64,000 bases of DNA from positions 3,664,449 to 3,728,448 of the forward strand of contig NW_002060949.1 in assembly GCF_000150275.1 (NCBI RefSeq), given 5' to 3'. Below the pieces are notes generated by a model. The model did not search any database, was not told the origin of the DNA, and was given only the letters and a program-made list of their open reading frames with translations. The DNA comes from Trichoplax adhaerens. Its lineage: Eukaryota > Animalia > Placozoa. This document shows, in pieces, positions 1 to 11,117 of the stretch (positions are counted from its first letter, which is position 1; the number at the start of each line of letters is the position of its first letter). The position numbers were made by a program, and so were the translations under genes.

Positions 1-280
1 AATTGCGTGTACTTCTTACTTTAGCATTACCGTACTATAGCAGAATTACTTTAGTATACTCTACAGCTATGCAAAATCTTTTAAAAGCATCTTTATTTGC
101 TGACTATATACAAGTACGGTTAGTTTGCTTTGCAACACGATAGTAATAGTGCTAAAGAATAATCCAAAGAATTTTTAAATTTATCAATTATAGATCTTTA
201 TTAATTCGTTAATATAACTGGAATAACTATTAATTTTGAATAAAGCAACATAAACTTGTATGCTGAGATAGATATCGTAT

Positions 281-355
281 ACATGACTAGTAGATTATCG
301 GTTATTGCAATCCAATCCAAGTCGGTTTTAAGCAAATAACTTCATTATATCATAT
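281..355 (-). promoter_or_regulatory. Candidate SECIS element (type II) for deiodinase-like copy 1
   Basis: Minus strand reads AUGAA-GUUAUUUGC-UU-AAAA-CCGA-CUUGGA-UUGG-AUU-GCAAUAAC-CGAU. It has the AUGA/GA core, helix II, unpaired AAA and an apical mini-stem. It lies ~420 nt past the stop at 768, with a minus-strand AATAAA at 197-202, and aligns with the element at 7661-7735. Confidence 0.75.
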
Positions 356-767
356 TAACGTAATCTATCTATTTCATTAACACGTTTACGAGTGTATCTC
401 GGTTTCAAAGCTAACCCTAAATTAAAAACTATTACTGTATCAGGGGGCTAAGAGGATAACAATTTAATCTTTACTTTAGTTGTACAATCGTGTCAAGCAA
501 TTATATCCGTTGTAAGATAGAAAGTGGGTCAAGGTCTCTTCAACCTGCTATAAACCGTAATTAGGGTTATTCTCAGTCAGTTAACGAGCTGATCTATATT
601 CATTTCTTCTAATAATATTAAAGACTGGAAGCTGAAAAAGATTAATACTGAGCTACACGTTTAAGTTTCTATGTAATTCTATTTTACAGTATCTAGTTAT
701 TTCTTATAAATGACTTTCATAAACATTTGAATTATCTGTATAGTTTATCCGAATCTTATAATAATTT

Positions 768-1574
768 CTATTTTTCTACAACGTATTTCTCTAAAAATTG
801 TTCCATGTCATCTACACTATAAGCAAACGGACCTGGACCGCCTGAATAAACGATTTTTCCGTCATCGACTACATATAATCTTTCTGGTACAGCGTCGTAT
901 GCTTTCATCGTTTCATTTTCAATACAATCGATAAAAAACGGTAATTGAAATTGGAAACGATTAATAAATTCTTTAGCTATGTTTATTCTAGCTTCTAATT
1001 TCTTAGGCTGAAGAAAGCATACGCCAAGATTTTCATTCATTAATGGCATTGCCCATTCGTCGGCGGCATGAGCTTCCATAATATAGATAGTGTTAAATTG
1101 AACACGATTACTAAATCGACCAGCCAGATCGATAAAGCGATCGACTCCGTATCGAAATGGAGGTCAAGAATAGGATCCAAAGTTTAAGACATGAATTTTT
1201 TTGGCGCTTTGATTAAAAATGTTTTGTAAATCAGTTTGTTGCTGATCAAGTGTAAATAATCGTCCTTTAGGAGCTTGTTGTCCAACTTTAAGAAAGTTTA
1301 CAGTAGCGAAAGGGAACTTTTCACCAAGATGAACAAGAGATTGCTTATTAAAAAGATTGGATCTTAGAAAATGCCAAGTAGATATTTTTTGACCTTGCAG
1401 ATTTTTCTCACATTCAGATTTCATCATTTTCGGATTATGATAGGGATTATCGATAGTAGGGTAGTGGTACTTTATTGTTAAAATACATTTGAGTAATCTG
1501 AAAAATCCAATGATCATGAGATAGGTAGACTTGAACCAGCCATAAGAGGTTTCCTTTTTCTGTCCAGTCGCCAT
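768..1574 (-). CDS. Iodothyronine deiodinase-like selenoprotein, copy 1 (intronless, 268 aa, Sec137 at UGA 1164-1166)
   Basis: ORFs 1164..1583 and 768..1079 are one frame joined through TGA: LNFGSYS-U-PPFRYGVDRF...IYIMEAHAADEW...AYDAVPERLYVV...GGPGPFAY. These match the deiodinase motifs FGSxxUPPF, YIxEAHxxDxW, ERLY and GxxGP. First ATG is at 1572-1574; the ORF-track start at 1583 is TTG. Confidence 0.92.
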
Positions 1575-1808
1575 TGGCTCCAATTATTAAATGATACCGT
1601 TATTGATTCACTGAATGAATATTAATAGTGCAGTATACTGTGTGTAAGCGTATACTGAAAGTAACAGCTTTGATCAGTTCTATTAGTTTTGGATATTACT
1701 CTGACTTTACCTGCTAAACTAGTGCTTAGCCATTATAGTGTCGATTAGACGATTAGACGATGACGAAATTTCTAGTCTATCATTATTACTGCTGTATTCG
1801 TAATTGCG

Positions 1809-1866
1809 TATCTATCTATCTATCTACTCATTCTACTGTACAGTACAGTACAGTACAGTACAGTAC
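1809..1866. repeat. Compound microsatellite: (TATC)n followed by (CAGTA)n
   Basis: tatctatctatctatcta followed by tactgtacagtacagtacagtacagtacagtac. Confidence 0.85.
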
Positions 1867-3769
1867 ACCAGCGATTCGTAGAATGGAGGGGTTTACCTAG
1901 TGTTAGTACTGTAATGACACGACACACGAATGTAGCTTATAATATTAGACTAGTTTATTAAGAGAGAAGAACAGTCAAGAGTGACTTCTAGATGAAGACT
2001 TGTTAAGAGTACTCCAATATACCATAGAGATATTTACTTATCCTATTCCTAGGATACAGAAAACTAACTTTAACTTATCTAGCTGTATAGGAATGCTATT
2101 GACTCAGCTGCTGCATGCTGTGCATGATAGCTGGTGGACGATAAACTATGTTCTACCACGACTAGAATACAGCACATGAACACTAGTAGAACCCGCTGAC
2201 GATATACTTCGCTTATTGTATACAGTCGGTGTGAGGGTACGTATACTTGAACTTGTTTACTTTACCTCATACAATCGCTATAAAATAGCTGTAAAGTAAA
2301 CTAATTGTTTAACAATTTATCTGTAAACTAGCTCTATTAACAGATAATTTACAGCTATTATATGATTGTTCACGAAGTAAAACTACAATGTCTTTTTCTA
2401 CTGTACGTAGATGTTACGATACGTAAGCTTGTTCTAATGAGGACCAGTTTTTAGTTAGTTGTTAGTTAGTCAATTAGTTTGTCAATTGCTATTAAATTGT
2501 CAAGACTATAATCTTGATTGTCAAGATTTCTTCAGCAATAAATAGTAGTCAATCCCTGACTACCACGTCTACACTATCAGTGAAGCTATAATTATACTAT
2601 AGTATTCAGTCGTTGGAACTAAATTATTTGGTGATACAGCTAATCTCGCCTCTTAAAGTCAGTAAGAGGCGTTCTTCATAAGCATTGGCGTGTGTAGACT
2701 ACTTTGTCTCTAGTGGTGTGTGACAGTAGAATATAGAATAAATAAATTTTATTTTATACGGTACTGTACCAAAGCTGAATCTAATGGTGTGGATTAGTGT
2801 CGATGGCATAAGCAATAGGAGTAGTAAAGTGCAAAATAAGAATAGTAAAGTAAATGAAAATAAGATAAATGAAAGCATGTATGGAATACAGTCGAAAGTA
2901 TATCCGATAATTTTACAGCTACTAAAATATGATAATTTATCTGAATATTACATATATTTCATGAATAACAGCTGAAATTTATATAGTGATGTCATAATTT
3001 GTCGTAAACTAATTTTGAAATTATCTGATGTTGTGTTTGGATAAATTATCATTTAGCGTAGTAGCTGTAGATAAATTGTCATAAAGGTGACAATTAATGA
3101 TAATTTATTTCAACATTACATGTACAGTACTGTATTTAATGAGCAGTCGCTGAATATATATGGTGTTTGTCACAATTGTCATATCCTAGCCATAAAATTA
3201 TCTTATTATTTATGCCAAGAATATCATATATCGTACTACTGTAGTATTGTAAGACATGAGCTGTGGTATTAAACGGAAAAAGTTCCTAGACATATCATCT
3301 CTAATTCAGTAATATACTTGTTCAGTATTCGTAGATTACATCACATCCCGATGGTTAAGATAGGATATTACCGCACTTTCTTATTTATACGAAGTGCTAC
3401 ACTTTTTAATTCTATTCTGTTTGTTTATAGTTACAATCTATGAACGACTAATGTTATGGGTTAGATATTTCTCTGTGAGTCGTTGAGGCTTTCGCTTTAG
3501 TCGATTAGATCTTTGTATAGAAATAGCAGTTTCAATAGCTGGTGCCTGAGATAACTCGGTGCCTTAGTAGTCTCTTGATTCTGTACAGTCGTGGGATGTA
3601 CTCGTGTTTCGCGTTCATTATTTTCTGCCACAGGCATCTTACATATTCATTCGGAATTTGTTTTTGTTCGAAAAGTCTGCTCTCATGGCTTCAGATGGGT
3701 GAAGGAATCGACAGTTCTGTGAACGTACCTTACCACGATATATCTCACCAATAGGAGTTTGCATCACGT

Positions 3770-3819
3770 NNNNNNNNNNNNNNNNNNNNNNNNNNNNNNN
3801 NNNNNNNNNNNNNNNNNNN
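3770..3819. other. Assembly gap (50 N) truncating deiodinase-like copy 2
   Basis: Run of N. The right flank is near-identical to copy 1; the left flank is not deiodinase sequence. Confidence 0.98.
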
Positions 3820-4337
3820 TCGGCGGCATGAGCTTCCATAATATAAATAGTGTTAAATTGAACACGATTACTAAATCGACCAGCCAGATCGATAAAGCGA
3901 TCAATTTCATATCGAAATGGAGGTCAAGAATAGGATCCGAAGTTTAAGACATGAATTTTTTTGGCGCTTTGATTAAAAATGTTTTGTAAATCAGTTTGTT
4001 GCTGATCAAGTGTAAATAATCGTCCTTTAGGAGCTTGTTGTCCAACTTTAAGAAAGTTTACAGTAGCGAAAGGGAAGTTCTCGGCAAGATGAAGAAGATT
4101 TTTTTTATTAAATATACTCAATCTTAGAAAATGCCAAGTAGATATTTTTCGACCTTGCAGATTTTTCTCTCCTTCAGATCTCATCATTTCCGTGTAATAA
4201 TGAGCGTTATAAGTGTCTGTAGGATAGTAGTACCCTAAAGTCAAAACATATTTGAGAAATCTAAGAAATCCATACATCATAAGATATATAGACCTAAGCC
4301 ATCCATAGGTGGTTTCCTTTTTCTGGCAAGTTGTCAT
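3820..4337 (-). CDS. Iodothyronine deiodinase-like selenoprotein, copy 2 (partial; Sec138 at UGA 3924-3926; C-terminus lost in the gap)
   Basis: ATG at 4335-4337. Reads LNFGSYS-U-PPFRYEIDRFIDLAGRFSNRVQFNTIYIMEAHAA and then enters the Ns. Paralogous to copy 1 at an offset of 2760 nt. Confidence 0.88.
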
Positions 4338-6211
4338 TGACTCAAAAACTTTAAGTAATGACGTAATTTATTTAGATATTGTAATAAGTTCTCGAAAAAA
4401 TTTAGAGATAGCGTATTAGCAAAGCAGAGAACTTTATTAAGACTTATAAGTGCGAACTAATAAAATATGACAGCAACGCTCATATATATACAATCTATCA
4501 TGGAATATTCTAGAACTTATTAGTAGTTGTTATACTATACATAGAATAAGTATTCTAGGTTCTACATGCATACGAGGTTTGAATACGTGCACATCTAAGA
4601 CTGACCCTTACGAAGTCCTTCTACTAATACTATGACAGATATTATCAAAAGAAAATGGACGAACTTGAATAATGTTAGTCGTACTTATCATCAACACTCT
4701 ACTAAAAGTATATTTGCATTGAATCTAACAGCCTTGGTCAACAGTATTTATCTTCGCTATAACGCTGGATCTACCTCCAGGCTACAGGAGTACCTTAGTT
4801 TATCATAATATAGGCGTATAGAATCAGATTTACCGTTGACGAAGATTTTTATAGCGTTATGTACGTATTTCGAGAAAATTATTATGAGCTAGCTAAAGTT
4901 TTTAAATATCACTAAATTACTTAAGGAGATTAATGGAGCTTTGGTTACATTATAATTATTTTCTCATTTATTATTTACTTCACTGCCGAACGGTGTACGA
5001 CCTTCGGTTATACTCGTATAATTAATTAGCGGAGAAAAAATCTCCGTAGTTGTGCCATATAGAGATGTAAGATCAAAAATCTTTATCTCGTTGTCATTGT
5101 ATAGCGCCGCAGGAAATAAATAACAAATGCGAGCTGTAGTAAATAATCAATTACTTTATGGATAATAATCGCCATTGGCATCATTCATGATCATGACAAG
5201 GTGCACAATAAGATAGCATCATAATTATATTAATTAGCCGGTGGTACTCCGCCATTGTAAGCTAGCATGATTGGACGTTATTGAAAAGCAAGAAAGTAAG
5301 TCTATACAAAATTGAATTGATTCTATGAAATAACATCAGCGATTTTGATAATAGTAGTAATATAATCGTATTTCCTTCTTTCTATAAAAGTCTATGAACA
5401 TTGTACAATGGTCGATTAAGTAAAAAGAGATTTTAAATCTTTTGTTTTAGTTTGTTTACGACGTGATTTACAACTACTGTACATAGAAAAAACATAACGG
5501 TGCATGTCGCCATCCCTGATTTCATAAAAACATTCTCTTGTATATCGCATACTCGGGATTCTACCGGGTAACTGTCTATTGCATAAGATCGGGCATGTAA
5601 TTGGAGGATTTAGTCTATCGACATTATTAACGGTATTTCATTCACACTCCAGACATTTTTGTGCTGCTACCACATACTGCTGCAGTAATTCAATAATCTT
5701 GTGGCAGTATTGTACACTTCTATTCTAGACAGATTAGATTAAAATAATATTAATTTGAACAAATAAATAATGTAGAGTAGATAGTCTACTGGTCGAGTTG
5801 GAGTATACCGTTCCATCCATCGAAACAGCTACAGTAGAATCCAACAGAGTGATCGATTGAAATAAGTTGGACTGGGCCCTGAAATTTTTATAAAAACGCT
5901 ATGAGGATTTCATTACTTTTGGTTCTGCAGTTCCTGGTAAGCCGCGCATATCCTATCTAAGTTGAAATTGAATTGGGTTGAATTTTATTTGTTTATTTAA
6001 TATCAAGCGTCGAAACATAGATCAGTATCGTCTAGTTTAAAGCTGCCAGTTTTAAATAATAATTCAATCTCTAGCAAACCATACAAGCGATTGATAACAG
6101 AAATAAAAATACTAGAGAAAGAATCTATAGTTAACACAGGATTCAGTTGGATAAGCATTTTATTTTGGTTGACTGCACACGATCACGGATACTTTTCAAA
6201 TTCCTGTAGTA

Positions 6212-7030
6212 ATGGCAGTCCAACACGGAAATCAAATAAACCATGGTTGGTTTTGGTCGACTTACCTTACAGTATACGGGCTAGTAAGGTTGATACTGTA
6301 CTTTGGCAGAGGATTATATCATTATCCAGCTATTACTAAAAAAGCCCTTATAAAATTAATGGATGAAATGTTATCTGAGGCAAGCAGCAATACTGAGCAA
6401 GGTAAGCTGAGTATGTGGCAATTTTTGAGACAAAATTTCTTAAACCAACAAGCACTTATTCATATCGCTGAGAAAGAAGAAACAACTTTTGGTAAAATTA
6501 ACTTTTTAAAAGTAGGCCAACAGGCGCCCATCGGACGGCTATATGCTCTCAATGGTGAGGAAACAAACTTACAAAAAATTTTTACGCAGAGTACCAAGAA
6601 TATTCATGTACTCAATTTTGGCTCCTACACCTGACCCCCGTTTCGATACGCAATTGATCGCTATGTTAATCTTGCCAATCGACTAGGTGATCGAGTGCAA
6701 TTTATTACAGTCTATATTCTAGAGGCGCATGCATCTGATGGTTGGGCAATGCCGTCAGTCAATTCAGGTCTCGATACTTGCTTATTACAACCGAAAAAAA
6801 CGGGAGCAAGGATACAAATTGCTAAAGAATTCGTTGATCGTTTCGATTACAAATTGCCATTTTTTGTCGATACTATGGAAGGTGATACCATGAAGGCCTA
6901 TGGCGCTCAACCTGAAAGATTGTATGTGGTTAAAGATGGGAAAATTGCTTATGAAGGTGGACCAGGTCCATTCTGCTATAGTATAGACGATTTAGAACAA
7001 TTTTTAGAGAAGTTGATCGCCAACAAGTAA
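6212..7030 (+). CDS. Iodothyronine deiodinase-like selenoprotein, copy 3 (intronless, 272 aa, Sec141 at UGA 6632-6634)
   Basis: ORFs 6212..6634 and 6695..7030 are contiguous in frame: LNFGSYT-U-PPFRYAIDRY...VYILEAHASDGW...AYGAQPERLYVV...GGPGPFCY. Hydrophobic N-terminal segment present. Confidence 0.93.
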
Positions 7031-7660
7031 TTGCTATCTCGACCGTTACATTTAACTTGGATCATATCATTTCTTCTCATTAGCTAGTCTGGAATTGAAT
7101 CCACAGAAAATATGGCACAAAGTATAAGCCTTCGTCTTAGTACACTTTGTAATGGTTATCTTGATTAAATTCCCTGTTTCAAACACACTCTGCATTGAAT
7201 ACCTGTTCTAACTACTTCTAATAAATTAATATTCATCGTGACTGAAATTTAGACGGTTGCTATAATGTGTATCTGTTATAAAGGCCGTGAAATTTTTTAT
7301 CGCAACACTTCGATACGATGCCCCTTTTTTGCCGACCTTAAGTTATCCCCCATTTCGATAAAGTCTAAATTCGTACGTTATAAATTTAAGAATGCGCTAG
7401 CTAATCTACTTTACTGTTTATCAGCTAGATATTGATAGCAATAATAATATTTAAACTATTCTAGGCGGTTTACTTAACCATTGATGGTGCATTAACAGTT
7501 GCAATCGCGCAACAACGTTGTATTGCACTCTGTTTTTCTACTATGAAAATTACTATTAGACGTATTTGTATTTATCTCTTATGATAAGTAATATATTAGT
7601 AGTAATGGAAATATGATCGATTGCTACAATAATAGTTAAGGCTTATTGTTGCTGTTTATA

Positions 7661-7735
7661 TAAGTAGAATTGCATGAAGTTATAGCTTGAGACCAATCTA
7701 TTTGGATAGTAATAACTGAGGAAAAATTCTATTTG
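7661..7735 (+). promoter_or_regulatory. Candidate SECIS element (type II, non-canonical apical GAGA) for deiodinase-like copy 3
   Basis: Helix I is AAGTAGAATT/AATTCTATTT. Core is ATGAA (7674-7678) opposite TGAG (7717-7720). Helix II is GTTATAGCT/AGTAATAAC and the apical stem is CCAA/TTGG. AATAAA follows at 7797-7802. Aligns with the copy 1 element. Confidence 0.75.
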
Positions 7736-8652
7736 CTTATAAATTATGCAATGTAAGTGCTTTTCTGTGATGTATCAGGATAAAAGATATTAAAATAATA
7801 AAAGGCAAGAAACTAAATTTTTAATCCCTTAATCTTAAAACTTATGGCTGGATAACCTAATAATCATTGTAGGTGCTGTTTAGAGATTAGCTGCGTCGTT
7901 CTACGTATTTTGCTATGGAATGGAAATCTTTCCTATTAGATCGGAGTAACAAATTGACATTTGATGGGACACTGGTATGAATGTAGGCAATTTTTCAACA
8001 TAACCCCTTATGTGTAAATTTTATACAGTGCAAAATAAATCCAAGAATCAAAATTTTGAACTTTATGCACATATACGAACATCTTTACGACCTAGATTAC
8101 TAGATTCTACAAGATTATAACGTTCGTTCTGCAACGATGTAGTTAGAATTGCTCAGTTAAATTCTTTAGCAATTCGATTTTAACTCAAGGTTAACCAATT
8201 CAAGATTTTTGCAAATTTAATCATAGATACGTATGAAGAACGATAGAACTACATATTTGTTTAATACAGAGGAAAAGCTCGCGTAGCATGTTGAAGTATC
8301 GTATGATAACATTAGAGAATAAATAATAGCCTTGGAAAGCCAGAGATACAGGTGAGATTAAGCTGACTTCATAAATTATCTGAAAGGCTATTAGCTTAAA
8401 TAACTTATACAACGAAGCTGATGTTAATGCGATAGCTGTACTATTTTAGTTGTGTTGTTAAATATTTACCTTATCAAAGAATTACTGTTTATTTAACAAA
8501 ATTTTAAATTAAATTTGATTACCAGTAGAAAAAAGCTGTGCAAAGTCGTGTTCTCGTTAATAATTATACCCTGTTTATTATATAATTTTCAATGACATCC
8601 TAATATCAATAAACATCGCCTGTAATTATGAAAATATAGCTAATCCGCGTTA

Positions 8653-10691
8653 TTAGTCAGTTTTTTCTGCCTTCGAACTAGGGCTGAGACATTTTCGGCG
8701 TTGACGAAACATGTGACCGTATAATTGAGGAAAGACTAAAGGTACGTTTAAAGAGTATAAGCATTAGTATATTAAGCAATATACATGCGTATTGAAAAAG
8801 CACAACTATTAGAAACTGAAAACCATACTCACTTGGAATATATAAAAGGGAAATGAAAATTAAAGCTGAGTAATAATCAAACGACATATTTAAGTCGTTA
8901 GGCATTTCGTAGGAATACAACTTTCGCTTTGCAACATATGGTAGTGAGTAAATTATACAAAGTAGCTCGCCCTAAGAACCCAAAGAAATCAATTACGGTA
9001 GTTAAAAACTACAAGCATTTAATTAGACGTTGGTTGCTGTAAAGTACTTTAATCGAAACTCATTTTAGCATTGCTTGTATAGTGTATTTCGGAGCAGGTA
9101 TGATATGTCCAACTTCACTTACCGAAACACCGCAAGGGTATAAAACGATAAAGAGTGTATACCTGTAAAAACATGCAAGCATTATTATTGGATATCGTAC
9201 TTGAAGGTAAACTTAATAGTTATAAATATGTGAATAATAGCAATCTTTCTAATACAGTAGCTGAGAATTGTAAGTAAAATACGAGCAATAAAAGCAAATT
9301 TGGAAAGTATCTTTACCTCAGCCATGATAGTATATATGGTGCGAAACCAATTATATTGGTAGTATAATACGAATAACGGATGATTTCAGTTATAGTCCAT
9401 GCCATCACCGCTAACTCGACTGCTATGGTATCTTGAATCTATAGTCATAAACAAGTATTCATAATTGTGAATTATCTTTGCAACCATGAACTCCTCCAAA
9501 TATTTATTTTACAATTTCCATCAGATAGAGGTTAAGTCCGTTTCAATGTACTATAGTATATGTCATTACCACTTTAATACAATTTAAAGAATTGTTTCAA
9601 TATTAAGATAACACGCATCGATAGGTTAACAACGTCTAAATGATAGCCAATGACAGCGAATGTTATTGTCAGTATGCAAGTATCCATATAATACAGCATA
9701 GCACTTACTTCTTTGACGCTTAGAATAACTCCCCAGTATATGATTAGGCGAGAAGCAACTTGGAAAGCTGTCAAAACAACATTTGCCCGAACCAATCCTA
9801 AACAGTGATGAAATTAAAAATCACCGTATGGCTTTGGTGCCAAGTAATTGAAGAGGTGCTAGATATAATGCAGACTTTCTCGAGCTTAACAACATCAAGA
9901 TTGCGAATTTGGTTTCTCTTTCTCTATGGTCAATCCTACTTACCGATTGCACAATGGAATACCTAATTATGGAAAAGATAGAACTCGTTAGCATATTACC
10001 ATGACGAAGAAAGCGTTGCTTGATTTGGGTCATGTGGACCTTTGCACTGCCTTGTAAAGACTGCAAACAGCAGATGTTTGAAACTAAGTTTAATTAATTC
10101 TAATTATTATTCCCTCACAGACAGTACTGTTGTCTCTTTTCATGCAGTCGATCGCTAATAAATCATCGATGCAAGAGGTACAGACAGTAATACTTTCAAA
10201 TTAGCTAACTTTACTGCCATTAACAACTAGGAAGTAGGAATGAGAACTGAATTACGTCAATAAGAAATTCGTGTAGGCTATCCTAATCATGCTGCGACCA
10301 GCCTATGCAGCAGCGACTTGCAGGTCAATGGACCATGTCAACACTTTGCAAACTGACCTCTAAAATAGCAGCGCTTTGAAAGATCTTTAATATCTGATGA
10401 ATTTCCTTATAAAAGCCATCCAAGCTACGATTTTGATGATAATGCTGACAAGTTTTGACTAAAATTGCCGACCATCTACATAATGCATAGGAAACAATAT
10501 TCAATGGTAAGAAAGGATCAATGTATCCAATCAACCTCTTTCTACTCGTGCTATGATTGACTTGGCAAGTAGAAATCCTGTTCATTTAAGCCTCAAATCG
10601 TTTACCCGATTGTCTGCAGGACATTGTAAAGCAATAAATAAAAATTTCCAAGCATGCCTGGCCCTTTTCTTTTCGAAGCTTCTTCCGCCAT
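8653..10691 (-). CDS. HACD: Very-long-chain 3-hydroxyacyl-CoA dehydratase (HACD1/2, PTPLA family), 8 exons, 231 aa
   Basis: GT-AG exons at 10606-10691, 10358-10475, 9944-9962, 9709-9797, 9317-9438, 9123-9162, 8833-8971 and 8653-8735 (sum 696 nt). Motifs: FYLLLYN, FQSAAILEVFHCAIGLV, FQVASR, AWTITEIIRYSYY, WLRYTLFIVLYPCGVSGEL, FPQLYGHMFRQRRK. Confidence 0.93.
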
Positions 10692-11117
10692 CTTTGGTTA
10701 GTAATATCTGCAAGATTTATTTCAAATATTTCAGTTAAAATAGGGCGAAATGCTCAATTAGAGCTAGCATTCAACATTTTCTCCATCACAACTGTTGCCT
10801 CTTACCGTTTCATAAATTCGTCGTATACGAGCGTCGATGACACACGATCGCTTGGTGCTTTTAAATTCTAGCTCGAACATTGCTACCGGTACTATAGTAC
10901 AGTATCCAACCGTGGAGCTAGACAGCGTGTACTGCTCCATACGTCAGGCAAGTGTCATACTGTAGATCACCTGATGCAAGCATACGATCCAGTCTGGTCT
11001 CGATTGTCTACAGTGTACAGTACGGTACAAGCCGATCTCTTGTACTGTGCACTCTAGTTACGGCCAGACGGACATTATGCCGTCGTGTTAAGAGAAAGAG
11101 ACTACAGTTTCAACGAT

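Noticed and set aside
2647-2671. Perfect 9-bp hairpin CGCCTCTTA/TAAGAGGCG
   Set aside because: No SECIS core in register and no other support; bacterial terminator logic does not apply to this DNA.
3296-3353. SECIS-like pattern on the minus strand (GUGAU-GUAAUCUACG-AA...GUAUAUUAC-UGAA) as the copy 2 SECIS; a weaker one at ~3171-3236
   Set aside because: It fits the spacing, but helix I is only ~4 bp and it is not homologous to the other two elements. The real element may lie in the gap. Worth a SECISearch run but not called.
3639-3839. ORF reading through the N run as a novel C-terminus for copy 2
   Set aside because: Artefact of translating across a gap of unknown size; the sequence left of the gap has no deiodinase motifs.
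768-7030. Deiodinase copies as pseudogenes, or as six separate short ORFs
   Set aside because: The only interruption is a TGA at the catalytic Sec position in all three copies; frames are intact and SECIS candidates are present.
7091-7173. Imperfect long hairpin in the copy 3 3' UTR
   Set aside because: No AUGA/GA quartet, and AT-rich pairing of this quality can arise by chance.
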